DNA of 64,000 nt from Gemmatimonadales bacterium (GTDB taxonomy: Bacteria; Gemmatimonadota; Gemmatimonadetes; Gemmatimonadales; GWC2-71-9), in the NCBI GenBank assembly GCA_037189525.1, contig JBBCJC010000001.1:736001-800000 (forward strand). The letters run 5' to 3'. The notes beneath the pieces were generated by a model. That model had not been told where the DNA came from. It worked only from the letters and a program-made list of their open reading frames with translations, and did not search any database. Position 1 is the stretch's first letter; each line of letters opens with the position of its first letter. A program made the translations under genes and the position numbers. This document shows positions 20,785 through 30,351 of this stretch, one piece after another.

Positions 20785-20806
20785 AACGATCTCCTTTACA
20801 TAGAAC

Positions 20807-20835
20807 ATAGTATATACACTATATAAATCTGTCAA
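20807..20835 (-). promoter_or_regulatory. Sigma70 promoter of the ArsR-RND operon with overlapping inverted repeat (probable operator)
   Basis: Minus strand TTGACA (20835-20830), 17 nt, TACTAT (20812-20807); palindrome ATAGT-ATATAC-ACTAT at 20807-20822 in an AT-rich patch. Confidence 0.8.
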
Positions 20836-20911
20836 TCTCTTACAGGTCCCGTACGCTTTGGCCGGCCGCATGCCTGGCGCGCCGTTCCGGCCTGCCGCAA
20901 GCTTGTAGGCC

Positions 20912-22555
20912 ATGGCCAAGCCTTCGCCCCTGACCCGCTTCGGCAGTCGCCCCGGCTGGCTCGGCGCCCTCCTGCTGTTCGCGACCCTCGGCCTGGCCGG
21001 CATCCTGGGTCTGGAAGCGGCGCGGGCGGCACGCTCCCACCGCAGCATCGCCGAAGGCACCTTGCGGCACTACGCCACGATTGCGGCGTGGCAGTACGCC
21101 CGACAGGGACGGATCTGGCTGAGTTGGGGGATGAACGAAGCGGCGGCCGCAGTGGGCAACGCACTGCCCGCACCCGGACGCGCGCTGCCCGGCCCCGACC
21201 TGCTGCGCCGTGTCCTGGCCGAGAAGGAGTGCGACTGCATGTCGGCCGGCTTCGCGCGAACCACCTTCCGGGCAACGTTAGGCAGCGCGCCCGAACTGCT
21301 GACGGACGGTGTTCCGCTTCCGGCGCCCGTCGGCCGGCGCTTGATCGCGATCTTTGCCGAAGACTCCGTGGCACGTCGAGGTCCGCGCTCGTGGCGGATC
21401 CTGCCTCCCGGCGTTCCCGATCTCGAGCACGGAGACGATGTCGTCCTTGCCTGGATCATTGCCGACCGCGGCGTTCCGCTGATCTATGGCATGGTGGTCG
21501 AAGCCGCCCAGATCCGGCGCCCGCTCGAAGGCGCCCTCGGCGACGCCGAGTTCTTCCCGCCCGCGATGACCGGCGGTGTCCGGGCCGACTCGCTGATGCA
21601 AATCCATGTCGAGGGCGACAACGGCGCATCGCTGCTCGGCACCCGATCGCCGACGGCGCTGTATAGCGGCATCGATACACTGGGTGTGCTCTACGGCGGC
21701 CTCACGGTTACCGCTTCGATCGAGCCCGGGGTCGCCTCGATGCTCGTGGGCGGCGGGGTGCCTTCAGCGCGGCTGCCGCAGATCGGCATCCTGTTCGCGT
21801 TGACTCTGGCCGTCGGCGCGGCCGCTCTGATCCTGCTACGGCGAGAACAGCAGTTGGCGCACCTCCGCGACGACTTCGTCTCGGGTGTTTCCCACGAATT
21901 GCGCACGCCCCTGACCCAGGTGCGGATGCTGAGCGAGTTGCTGCAGACGGACGGCTTCCGCACCGAGCCTGAACGGGCTCGAGCCATTGCCATCATCCAT
22001 CGTGAGGCCCTTCGTCTGACCAACCTGGTGGACAACATCCTTCAGTTTGCCAGGCTGCGCAGGAAGCCGGCTCCACCCGCCTCGACCGCGGTGCCGCTGA
22101 CCCCACTGTTGGAGGAGACCAGAGACATCCTGGAACCGCTGGCCCAGGCCGGAGCAACCTCGATCGTGCTCGACCTCGACGGGCCGCTGACCGTTCAGAG
22201 CGATCGCGAGGGGATTGCCAGGATCGTGCGCAACCTGCTCGAAAATGCTATCAAGTACGGACGACCGGGCCAGACGGTGCGTATTGCCGCGACCGCGACC
22301 CATCCGGGCATTCGTATTACCGTCGACGATCAGGGACCCGGGGTTCCAGTCGAAGAACGTCTGCGCATCTGGCAGCCGTACTATCGGCTCGAGCGGCACC
22401 GTAATGCGGCAATCGGCGGCAGCGGCCTCGGCTTGTCGGTAGTGACCGAGCTGGTCGAGGCGCTCCAGGGCCGCGCCTGGGTCGAAGACGCGCCCGGTGG
22501 CGGCGCCCGTTTCGTCGTGGAGTTGCCCGACGCCAACGGAGCGCCGAGCCCGTGA
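20912..22555 (+). CDS. Sensor histidine kinase
   Basis: Two TM helices; SHELRTPL H-box; NLLENAIKY, DQGPG and GSGLGL boxes. Confidence 0.92.
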   Translation: MAKPSPLTRFGSRPGWLGALLLFATLGLAGILGLEAARAARSHRSIAEGTLRHYATIAAWQYARQGRIWLSWGMNEAAAAVGNALPAPGRALPGPDLLRRVLAEKECDCMSAGFARTTFRATLGSAPELLTDGVPLPAPVGRRLIAIFAEDSVARRGPRSWRILPPGVPDLEHGDDVVLAWIIADRGVPLIYGMVVEAAQIRRPLEGALGDAEFFPPAMTGGVRADSLMQIHVEGDNGASLLGTRSPTALYSGIDTLGVLYGGLTVTASIEPGVASMLVGGGVPSARLPQIGILFALTLAVGAAALILLRREQQLAHLRDDFVSGVSHELRTPLTQVRMLSELLQTDGFRTEPERARAIAIIHREALRLTNLVDNILQFARLRRKPAPPASTAVPLTPLLEETRDILEPLAQAGATSIVLDLDGPLTVQSDREGIARIVRNLLENAIKYGRPGQTVRIAATATHPGIRITVDDQGPGVPVEERLRIWQPYYRLERHRNAAIGGSGLGLSVVTELVEALQGRAWVEDAPGGGARFVVELPDANGAPSP

Positions 22556-23238
22556 CCCGGCTCCTGGTGATCGAGGACAACGAGGACCTCGCCTTCGGGC
22601 TCGAGACCGCGTTCGAGAACGAAGGGTTTACCGTCGAGATCGCGGGTAACGGGTCGACCGGACTCGAGCGGGTCCGCCGCGGCGGGATCGACCTCGTCGT
22701 GCTCGACCTGATGCTGCCACGGCTCGACGGCTATCGCGTGCTCCGTTCGCTGCGCATCGACGACCCCGACGTGCCCGTCCTGGTCCTCACCGCCAAGGGC
22801 GAAGAGGCCAACAAGGTCCAGGCCTTCGCGCTCGGCGCGGACGACTACGTCACCAAGCCGTTCGGCACGCTGGAGCTGATCGCCCGGGTGCACGCCCTGC
22901 TCCGGCGCGCGAGCCGCCGCGACGGCCCGCCGCCCCCGTCGGTCGAGCGCTTCGGTGAAATCGAGATCAACCCGGCCTCGCGCACCGCCTACCGCGCCGG
23001 CCGAGAGGTGTCGCTGACACCGCGCGAGTTCGACCTGCTGCTGGCGCTGCTCCGGCGAAACGGCGCCGTCGGCTCGCGCGCCGACCTGCTCCGGGAGGTT
23101 TGGGAGTACGGCGCGGACGTGATGTCGCGCACCGTGGATATCCACATCGCCGAGTTGCGGCGCAAGCTGGAGATCGACCCCGCCAACCCCCGCCACATCC
23201 TCACCGTCTGGAAAGTGGGCTACCGGCTCGAGCGCTGA
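22552..23238 (+). CDS. OmpR/PhoB family response regulator
   Basis: IEDN, LDLMLP, DDYVTKPF, LTPREFDLL, RTVDIHI. Confidence 0.93.
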   Translation: MTRLLVIEDNEDLAFGLETAFENEGFTVEIAGNGSTGLERVRRGGIDLVVLDLMLPRLDGYRVLRSLRIDDPDVPVLVLTAKGEEANKVQAFALGADDYVTKPFGTLELIARVHALLRRASRRDGPPPPSVERFGEIEINPASRTAYRAGREVSLTPREFDLLLALLRRNGAVGSRADLLREVWEYGADVMSRTVDIHIAELRRKLEIDPANPRHILTVWKVGYRLER

Positions 23239-23360
23239 GCACGCGACCGGTTCTTACGCTGACAGAATCCTTACACTCCCCGAACTGCCCTCCGACCTTT
23301 GGGGCGGTGGGTCCACCGATGTTTGCTGACCGGTGGTCGAAACCCAATCGAGGAGGTCCC

Positions 23361-23903
23361 ATGCAACCCACGACCATGATCTGGCCCATTGCGGCGGCGC
23401 TCGCCTGGGCATCGATCGAATCGCCTCCGAGTTGGCGGTCTGAGGCGCCGGCGCCAGAACTCAACTCGGTCCGCGAGTACGAATCGACGCCATCGCCCGT
23501 CGACGCCATTTCGTCCGACGCCCCTCCGCCCTGGAAAGATGCCCTCCTCACCGCACGGGAAGCCGTCTGGCGCGATTTCTTCGGCGCGCCCGATGCACTG
23601 GCAGCCGTGCTCACCGAGGACTTCATCGCGATCAACAGCGGCGGCCCCTGGCGGAACCGCGCGGAAACCATCGCGGACTCGCGCGAAGCCCGAGCCGCCG
23701 GCAGCGTGCTCACCGAACTGGTCTTTCCCGAGACCCGGGTCCAGCGCTACGGCGACGTCGCGATCATCTACACCACCTACCGGTTCACCGTGAAGCGCGG
23801 GAGCGCGGAGCCGACCACCTCCGCCGGCCGCGCCACCGAGATGTTCCGGCTGGTCGGAAGCCGCTGGCTACACACGGGGTGGCACCTCGACGAGGCGGAG
23901 TAA
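23361..23903 (+). CDS. Secreted NTF2-like (DUF4440) protein
   Basis: GGAGG RBS; GDVAII...GRATEMF...W...WH NTF2-like pattern. Confidence 0.7.
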   Translation: MQPTTMIWPIAAALAWASIESPPSWRSEAPAPELNSVREYESTPSPVDAISSDAPPPWKDALLTAREAVWRDFFGAPDALAAVLTEDFIAINSGGPWRNRAETIADSREARAAGSVLTELVFPETRVQRYGDVAIIYTTYRFTVKRGSAEPTTSAGRATEMFRLVGSRWLHTGWHLDEAE

Positions 23904-23999
23904 CCGAGCCCCTGTCGTTGGTCGCGAAGCACCAAATCGAACGCCGAATGCGCACCGAGCAAGACCAGTACACATGACCACCCTCACGCCGAGGATACC

Positions 24000-24494
24000 A
24001 TGCACGCGCTCCGACCAGTTCGCATCACTCTTCCGCTGCTGCTCATTGGTACAATGTCTTGCCTCCAGGCTCAGACATCGCCCGCGTCGTCCCAATCCAT
24101 CGAAGCTCTGCACGGCGGGTTCGTGGAGGTAGCCGGATGGATCACCGAAGCGGGCAAACGGGTCCCCGCCGCGCAATACGACTATCGCCCGGCCGAATCG
24201 GTGCGTACCCTGGGACAGCTCATCGGCCACATCGCCGACGGCAACGCCTTTTTCTGCGGCAAGGCGGCGGGTGGCAACCCCGAGTGGGCGGAGACGGTCG
24301 CTCTCTCGGGTGCGGGCAAGGACGAACTACTGCAGAAGCTCGAGGCGTCGATCGCCGCATGCACCAAGGCATATCATGCCAGTAACGCTGCCCGGGTTAG
24401 AGAGCTGGTCACCAATCTCGGCCATGCCAGTCTCCACTACGGCAATCTGGTGACGTATCTGCGCATGCTGGGCATTACGCCGCCGTCGAGCTGA
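24000..24494 (+). CDS. Secreted DinB family protein
   Basis: YRP..VRTLGQLIGHIAD; HASLHYGNLVTYLRMLGITPPSS. Confidence 0.85.
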   Translation: MHALRPVRITLPLLLIGTMSCLQAQTSPASSQSIEALHGGFVEVAGWITEAGKRVPAAQYDYRPAESVRTLGQLIGHIADGNAFFCGKAAGGNPEWAETVALSGAGKDELLQKLEASIAACTKAYHASNAARVRELVTNLGHASLHYGNLVTYLRMLGITPPSS

Positions 24495-24561
24495 CCCAGC
24501 GGGAACGCTTCGATTGCCCAGGGGAACCGGCAGACCGGTCGTACAGCACTCGTGCGTCGGT

Positions 24562-24590
24562 TTGCGCGACCCGAGCAGAGAGGATATCGT
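24562..24590 (+). promoter_or_regulatory. Putative sigma70 promoter for the ankyrin operon
   Basis: TTGCGC (24562-24567), 17 nt, TATCGT (24585-24590). Confidence 0.5.
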
Positions 24591-24596
24591 GTTTCG

Positions 24597-24753
24597 GCAT
24601 GCATAGCGCACGAGTGCCACGAGTCAGGACAATGGAGAGCGAGCGAGAGCGTGCAGGCTCCCATAGACGCGCCAGGACCGTGCGGGCCTGGACACCCTGG
24701 CTTCGGGCCTGCCGGGCACTCAACCTCGGCGCGCTGCTGATCGGGAGTATGGC
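24597..24753 (+). ncRNA. Candidate structured cis-regulatory 5' leader RNA
   Basis: Nested complementary segments (see findings); not matched to any family I can name. Confidence 0.45.
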
Positions 24754-26082
24754 ATGACGATATCAGCTGAGTTGCTGGCGGAGTTCATTCAGTCGACCAT
24801 CTGGCACGGGACCCTCGACCGCGCCGACGCGATGCTTGCCGCGCATCCGGAGCTCGCCACCAGTGGCATTCATGCTGCTGCGATCCTGGGTGACGACGAA
24901 AGCGTTCGGCGCTTCCTCGCGCTCGATCCCGCCAGCGCCACCGCCACGGCTCCGCCCTACGGCGGCGACGCGCTCAACTATCTCGGCCTGTCCAAGTACC
25001 TCCGGCTCGACCGGAGCCGCACCGACCGCTTCCTGCGCGCGGCCACCGCGCTGCTCGATGCCGGCGCCGACCCGAATACCGGATTCTGGACCACCGGTCA
25101 GTACCCCGAGCGCGAAACGGCGTTGTACGGCGCGGCCGGCGTGGCGCACCATCCGGAGCTGACGCGGCTCCTGCTCGAACGCGGAGCCGACCCCAACGAC
25201 GAGGAGGTGGTCTACCACTCGCCCGAGACGGACGACAACGCGGCCATGAAGCTGGTGGTGGAGACAGGCCGGGTCACGCCCGCCAATCTGACCATGATGC
25301 TGATCCGGAAGCACGATTGGCACGACTACGACGGCGCCAAATATCTCCTGGAGCACGGCGCCGACCCGAACCACGACCGGCCCTGGGGGCTTCTGGCGAT
25401 CCACCACGCCATTGCCCGCGACAACAGCCTGGCGATGATCGAGCTGGAACTCGACCATGGCGCCGACCCGACGCGGATCCGGGAAGGCATGACGGCCATC
25501 CAGCTTGCCGCGCATCGCGGCCGAGGCGACGTGCTGGCGGCGTTCGAGCGGCGCGGGATCCCTCTCGCGCTGGGAGGCGTCGATGCCTTGATCAGCGCCT
25601 GCGCCCGTGGCGACGCAGCCGCGGCTCACACGATCGCCGCCGCGGAGCCCGCGCTCGTCCAGCAACTGATTGCGCAGGGCGGTACACTGCTCGCCCAGTT
25701 CGCCGGCACCGGCAACCGCGACGGCGTCAGCCTGCTGCTCGATCTCGGCGTGGACATCGATGCGCGGTATGGGGGCGACGGTTACTTCGGCACGCCTCCC
25801 GGGAGCACGGCGCTCCATGTCGCCGCCTGGCGCGCATGGCATGGCACCGTGCGGGCCCTGATCGAACGGGGCGCATCACTCGACGTCCGTGACGGCGACG
25901 GCCGCACTCCGCTCATGCTCGCGGTCCGGGCGTGCGTCGATTCGTATTGGACGGAGCGACGGAAGCCCGACTCGATCCGCCTGCTGCTCGAGGCCGGCGC
26001 CTCCGCGCAAGGCATCTCGCTCCCGACGGGATACGCCGAAGCCGATGCCCTGCTGGCGTCGCATGGCCGCAGCGGATCGTAA
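24754..26082 (+). CDS. Ankyrin-repeat protein
   Basis: Repeated LLxxGADPN, TALHVAA and GRTPLMLA ankyrin motifs. Confidence 0.88.
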   Translation: MTISAELLAEFIQSTIWHGTLDRADAMLAAHPELATSGIHAAAILGDDESVRRFLALDPASATATAPPYGGDALNYLGLSKYLRLDRSRTDRFLRAATALLDAGADPNTGFWTTGQYPERETALYGAAGVAHHPELTRLLLERGADPNDEEVVYHSPETDDNAAMKLVVETGRVTPANLTMMLIRKHDWHDYDGAKYLLEHGADPNHDRPWGLLAIHHAIARDNSLAMIELELDHGADPTRIREGMTAIQLAAHRGRGDVLAAFERRGIPLALGGVDALISACARGDAAAAHTIAAAEPALVQQLIAQGGTLLAQFAGTGNRDGVSLLLDLGVDIDARYGGDGYFGTPPGSTALHVAAWRAWHGTVRALIERGASLDVRDGDGRTPLMLAVRACVDSYWTERRKPDSIRLLLEAGASAQGISLPTGYAEADALLASHGRSGS

Positions 26083-26115
26083 GAAACCCCGCGAACGCGG
26101 ACGGAAGGAGTAGGA

Positions 26116-26856
26116 ATGATCGTATCGCCCGTGAGCCGCCATCTCGCTGTCGCGGACGTCGCGCGTAGCGTGGCGTTCTATCGCGATACGCTGGGCTTCA
26201 GCGAATCGCCGGTGCGGAACGATGCGGGGCTCCCCGCCGACGCGGAGGTGGTCTCGGGGCCGGCCCGGCTGCAACTCTACGCGCACCGCGATAGCGAGCC
26301 CAAAGAGCGCCGGGTCGTGTTCTTCGAGACTGACGACGTCGCCGCCGCCCATGACGCGCTGCGCGAGCGCGGAGCCGACCCCGGCGCGATGGAACGGGTC
26401 AACTGGATCAAGATGCTGATGTTCGAGGTCCGCGACCCCGACGGTCACGTCCTCTGGTTCGGGCAGTCCTTCGCAGAGCCGCCGATCGAGTCGCACACGC
26501 CGCCCGGCAAGGGCCAGTACCGAGTCATCATGCCCAGCTTGCCGCTCGACGATGTCCCGGCCGGCGTTGCCTACTACCGCGACGTGCTCGGTTTTTCGGT
26601 CAACTACGAGCAGCACGATCTGGGCGTGATGGATCGCGACTCGGTCCGGATCCTGCTGGTCCCGCGCACCGAGCGGATCCGCGGCGCGGGGGCCTGCTGC
26701 GTCTACATCCGGGATGCCGACGCGCTGTATGCGGAATTGCGTAGCAGAGGCGCCAACGTCGGAAGCGAGCCGGTGAGCCGCCCATGGGGCCTGCGCGATT
26801 TTACCGTACTCGATCCGGAGGGAAACGAGATCGTTTTCGCGCAGACCTTCGAGTAG
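26116..26856 (+). CDS. Two-domain VOC/glyoxalase/bleomycin-resistance protein
   Basis: Two FYRDxLGF...DPxG modules; PWGLRDF. Confidence 0.88.
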   Translation: MIVSPVSRHLAVADVARSVAFYRDTLGFSESPVRNDAGLPADAEVVSGPARLQLYAHRDSEPKERRVVFFETDDVAAAHDALRERGADPGAMERVNWIKMLMFEVRDPDGHVLWFGQSFAEPPIESHTPPGKGQYRVIMPSLPLDDVPAGVAYYRDVLGFSVNYEQHDLGVMDRDSVRILLVPRTERIRGAGACCVYIRDADALYAELRSRGANVGSEPVSRPWGLRDFTVLDPEGNEIVFAQTFE

Positions 26857-26865
26857 CGCGGCGAT

Positions 26866-26900
26866 GAGGCGGATGGCCGGACATCCGGTCCATCCGCCTC
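26866..26900. terminator. Hairpin between convergent genes
   Basis: GAGGCGGATGG/CCATCCGCCTC stem. Confidence 0.6.
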
Positions 26901-26907
26901 CTGCGCA

Positions 26908-29900
26908 CTAGGGACGCTTGGTCTTGTCCGGGAACACCGGTCGCGTCGGCTTGGCCGGCGGGTTCTTCCGAAGCTCCTCCATGACCCAACTGATGGCCCG
27001 GTCCAGCTGCGGGTCGCGCCCGGCGATCACATCCTTCGGCGTCTGTTCCACATCGATGTCCGGCGGCACACCCACGTTCTCGACGATGAACCCCTCGTCG
27101 GGGGTCCAGATCGCCAGGTTGGGCGCCGTGATCGTACCGCCGTCCATCAGCACCGGGAAGCCCAGGATGCCCACCAGGCCACCCCAGGTCCGCTGTCCGA
27201 TCAGCGGGCCCAAGCCCATCTTGCGGAACATCCAGGGGAAGTAGTCGCCGCCGGAGCCCGCGGTCTCGTCGATCACCAGCGCTTTCGGGCCGGAAATCGA
27301 CGCCGTGGGTGTGCGCAGATCCTCACCGTACCGCATCGCCCAATAGCTCATGGTGCGCCGCGCCAGGATATCGACGTAGTAGTCGGCCAGCTGCCCGCCG
27401 CCGTTGAAGCGCTCATCGACGATGACGGCGTCCTTGTGAGCCTGCGGATAGAAGTACCGCTTGAAGGACTCGTATCCCTGCGTCGTCGTATTCGGCACGT
27501 AGACGTACGCCACGCGCCCGCCGGTGGCCGAGTCGACCTTGCGGAGGTTGCTCTCGATCCAGTAGCGGTTGCGCAGCCCGCCCTCCGAAGCAATCGGCAC
27601 CACCGTCACGGTCCGCGACCCCGTGCCGTCGGCGTTCGGCCCGACCGTGATCTCGACCGAGCGACCCACCGTGTTCTCGAACGGGCTGTAGACGCTGGCC
27701 GGCGGCTGGATCGACACGCCGTTGACCGCCAGTAGGAACTCACCCGCGCGCACCCCGACGCCCGGCTCGGTGAGCGGCGCGCGCAAGGTGGGGTTCCAGT
27801 TGACCCCGCCATAGACCCGGGCAAACCGGTAGCGGCCCGACACCACTTCGTAGTCGGCGCCCAGCAACCCGACCCCGACCTGCGCCGGGTTGGCGAGCCG
27901 CTGCCCCGGGCTCTGATAGCTGTGGCCGACCCGGATCTCGCTCAGGAGCCAGCGGATCACGCGCTCCACGTCACCCCGGCTGCTCGCCGCGGCAAGTAGC
28001 GGCGCATACTTCGCCTTCTGCGCATTCCAGTCGACACCGTGGTAATTCGGCGCGTAGAAGTAGTCGCGGTTGATCCGCCATGCCTCGTCGTACATCTGCG
28101 CCCACTCGGCGCGTGGCTCGATCCGCAGGTCCACCGCGGCGAGGTTGAGGCGCCCCTCGCCCGGCTTGGGCTGTCCCGCAGTCGTCACGAACCAGTTGGC
28201 GCCCTGGCGGTAGAGTAGCTTCTTCCCATCCGCCGTGAGCACGAAGCCCTGCGCCTCGGCGATCGCCACGTCGTCCTTGCGTTTGGCGATGTCGTAGCGG
28301 CGGATCGCGGTGGCGCCGTCGGCGAGGCGCAGGTAATACACCTGGTTGGCTTCGCCCACCTCGAGCTGGAGAATCTCCGCCGGAGCGATCGGAAAGGCCA
28401 CGATCCGCTCGGCAATGCCGTCGAAGTCCACCACCGTTGCCGGCGACGCCGACGGCGTGGCAGCAGGCGCGGCTGGTTTCGCAGCCGGCGTCTCCCCCTT
28501 CTCCTCGTCGCTCTCCCGTACGAACGGGTTGGGCGCATCCTTGGCCAGCGCCACGGCATAGATGCCGCGGGTACGACGAAGCCCGTTGGTGCTCTGTGCG
28601 AACCAATCGAGCGCGGGACCGGCATCGGTCGACGCCAGCAGATAGAGATACTTACCGTTCCGCTCGAAGACCGGTTGGCTCACCTCGCTCAAGCCGTCGG
28701 TCAACGCCGTCGAACGGTTCTGGTCTGCATCGTAGAGATAGAGCGTCGTCACCAGCGGCCGGCTAAAGACCCAGTACGCCAGCCACTTGGAGTCGGGCGA
28801 CCAGCTGTACTCCGGCGCCTCGAGCGGCGTATAGGTCTGATGCCCCCCGACACGCGTACTCCGTCCCGACGCCACGTCCAGGACGTAGACCGACTGCGAG
28901 TTGTCGACATACGCGATCCGCTTCCCGTCCGGCGACCAGGTCAGCCCCTCATAAAACCCGGCGCCGGTGAGCGGGATGACGCGATGGTTGCCCTTGCCGT
29001 CCTGCGGTACGAGATGGAGACGATACTCCCCACCCTGGTCCGAGACGTAGGCGATCTGCTTCCCGTCCGGTGACCAGGCCGGCGAACGCTCGTGCGCACC
29101 AGGCGTATTCGAGAGATTGCGCGGATCGCCCTTCTCGGCGGGGACCGTGACGATCTCGCCCCGCATCTCGAACGCCACCCGGGCGCCCGACGGCGAGAGC
29201 GAGGCGTTCCGCACGAACCCGGCGCCCTTGACCCAGCGCGGCCGGGTCTCGCGCAGGTCGGCCGAGACGCCGATCGTCACCTTGCGCGCCTGGCCGCTGG
29301 CCGGATCGAGCAGATGGAGCCACCCGGCCTGCTCATAGGCAATCCGTCCGGCGCCGGCAGAGGCCGCGATCACAGGCAGATCGGTGTGACGCGTCACCTG
29401 CGTGACGGTCTTGGCCGACCGATCGTAGCGATAGAGGTTGAACTCGCCGTCGCGGTCGGAACGGAACCAGACGACGTTCGGCTCGAGCCACATGGCGTCG
29501 ACATCGTTCGAGCGGCCCGCCGGCTGGGGCACCTTTTCGATTTCCCAGGTCCGGGTGTCGATCAGCCAGAGCTGCGAGACGGTGCCGCCCCGGTACCCTT
29601 TCCACTGCTCGAACCGCCGGCCGATCGGGTTGTAAGCGATCCAGCGGCCGTCCGGCGAGTACGTCGCTTGCGCAGCGTTCGGGATCGGCAGCTTGACGGC
29701 CGGCCCACCCGCCACCGGCACCGTCCACAGCTGCGAATAACGCTGCGAGAAATCGGACCGGTTCGACGTGAAGAGCACGTTCGCCCCGTCGGGCGAGAAG
29801 TCCTGCGGCAGATCGGCGCCGGGATGCCAGGTCAGCCGCCGAGGCTCGCCGCCCGCGACCGGGACGAGGTAGACATCGACGTTGCCGTCGTAGTTGCCGG

Positions 29901-30156
29901 CAAAGGCGAGCCATTTGCCGTCGCGGGAGAAGACCGGATTGGTCTCGTCGCCGTCGGCGGTGGTGATCCGCCGGACGTCCGAACCATCGTGACGGGCGGT
30001 CCAGAGATCGCCGGCGTAGATGAAGGCAACCCGGTCGGCGCTGACGGCGGGTTGAGCCAGGAGACGAGTATCGGTGGTGCTGACCTGAGCGGCGGCGGAG
30101 CCGACCCCTGCTCCGAGGATCCACAGGACGACGGCGACGCGAGGCGCGAGAGACAT
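26908..30156 (-). CDS. Tricorn-type S41 protease
   Basis: PD40 propellers and PDZ; DERFNGGG, AGSGGD (catalytic Ser), RTWGG, VENVGVPPD. Confidence 0.92.
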   Translation of the reverse strand: MSLAPRVAVVLWILGAGVGSAAAQVSTTDTRLLAQPAVSADRVAFIYAGDLWTARHDGSDVRRITTADGDETNPVFSRDGKWLAFAGNYDGNVDVYLVPVAGGEPRRLTWHPGADLPQDFSPDGANVLFTSNRSDFSQRYSQLWTVPVAGGPAVKLPIPNAAQATYSPDGRWIAYNPIGRRFEQWKGYRGGTVSQLWLIDTRTWEIEKVPQPAGRSNDVDAMWLEPNVVWFRSDRDGEFNLYRYDRSAKTVTQVTRHTDLPVIAASAGAGRIAYEQAGWLHLLDPASGQARKVTIGVSADLRETRPRWVKGAGFVRNASLSPSGARVAFEMRGEIVTVPAEKGDPRNLSNTPGAHERSPAWSPDGKQIAYVSDQGGEYRLHLVPQDGKGNHRVIPLTGAGFYEGLTWSPDGKRIAYVDNSQSVYVLDVASGRSTRVGGHQTYTPLEAPEYSWSPDSKWLAYWVFSRPLVTTLYLYDADQNRSTALTDGLSEVSQPVFERNGKYLYLLASTDAGPALDWFAQSTNGLRRTRGIYAVALAKDAPNPFVRESDEEKGETPAAKPAAPAATPSASPATVVDFDGIAERIVAFPIAPAEILQLEVGEANQVYYLRLADGATAIRRYDIAKRKDDVAIAEAQGFVLTADGKKLLYRQGANWFVTTAGQPKPGEGRLNLAAVDLRIEPRAEWAQMYDEAWRINRDYFYAPNYHGVDWNAQKAKYAPLLAAASSRGDVERVIRWLLSEIRVGHSYQSPGQRLANPAQVGVGLLGADYEVVSGRYRFARVYGGVNWNPTLRAPLTEPGVGVRAGEFLLAVNGVSIQPPASVYSPFENTVGRSVEITVGPNADGTGSRTVTVVPIASEGGLRNRYWIESNLRKVDSATGGRVAYVYVPNTTTQGYESFKRYFYPQAHKDAVIVDERFNGGGQLADYYVDILARRTMSYWAMRYGEDLRTPTASISGPKALVIDETAGSGGDYFPWMFRKMGLGPLIGQRTWGGLVGILGFPVLMDGGTITAPNLAIWTPDEGFIVENVGVPPDIDVEQTPKDVIAGRDPQLDRAISWVMEELRKNPPAKPTRPVFPDKTKRP

Positions 30157-30351
30157 GACGGGGACAACTCCGGAATCGCAGGAGGAAACGGTTCGACCGA
30201 CAACCTACGATATTCCTTCCACGAGGTTTCGGCCACTCCGCGCACAACCTCGATGCCGCGCCCCTGCCGACGCTCCTCTTTGCTCAGGGGGGGAGCCGTC
30301 TACACGGCCGCGATCACCAGCGCAGCCGCGAATGCCATCATCGAGAACGGC

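Noticed and set aside
30300..30341. Tiny hydrophobic ORF MMAFAAALVIAAV on the minus strand
   Set aside because: 13 codons, no clear RBS; no evidence of expression.
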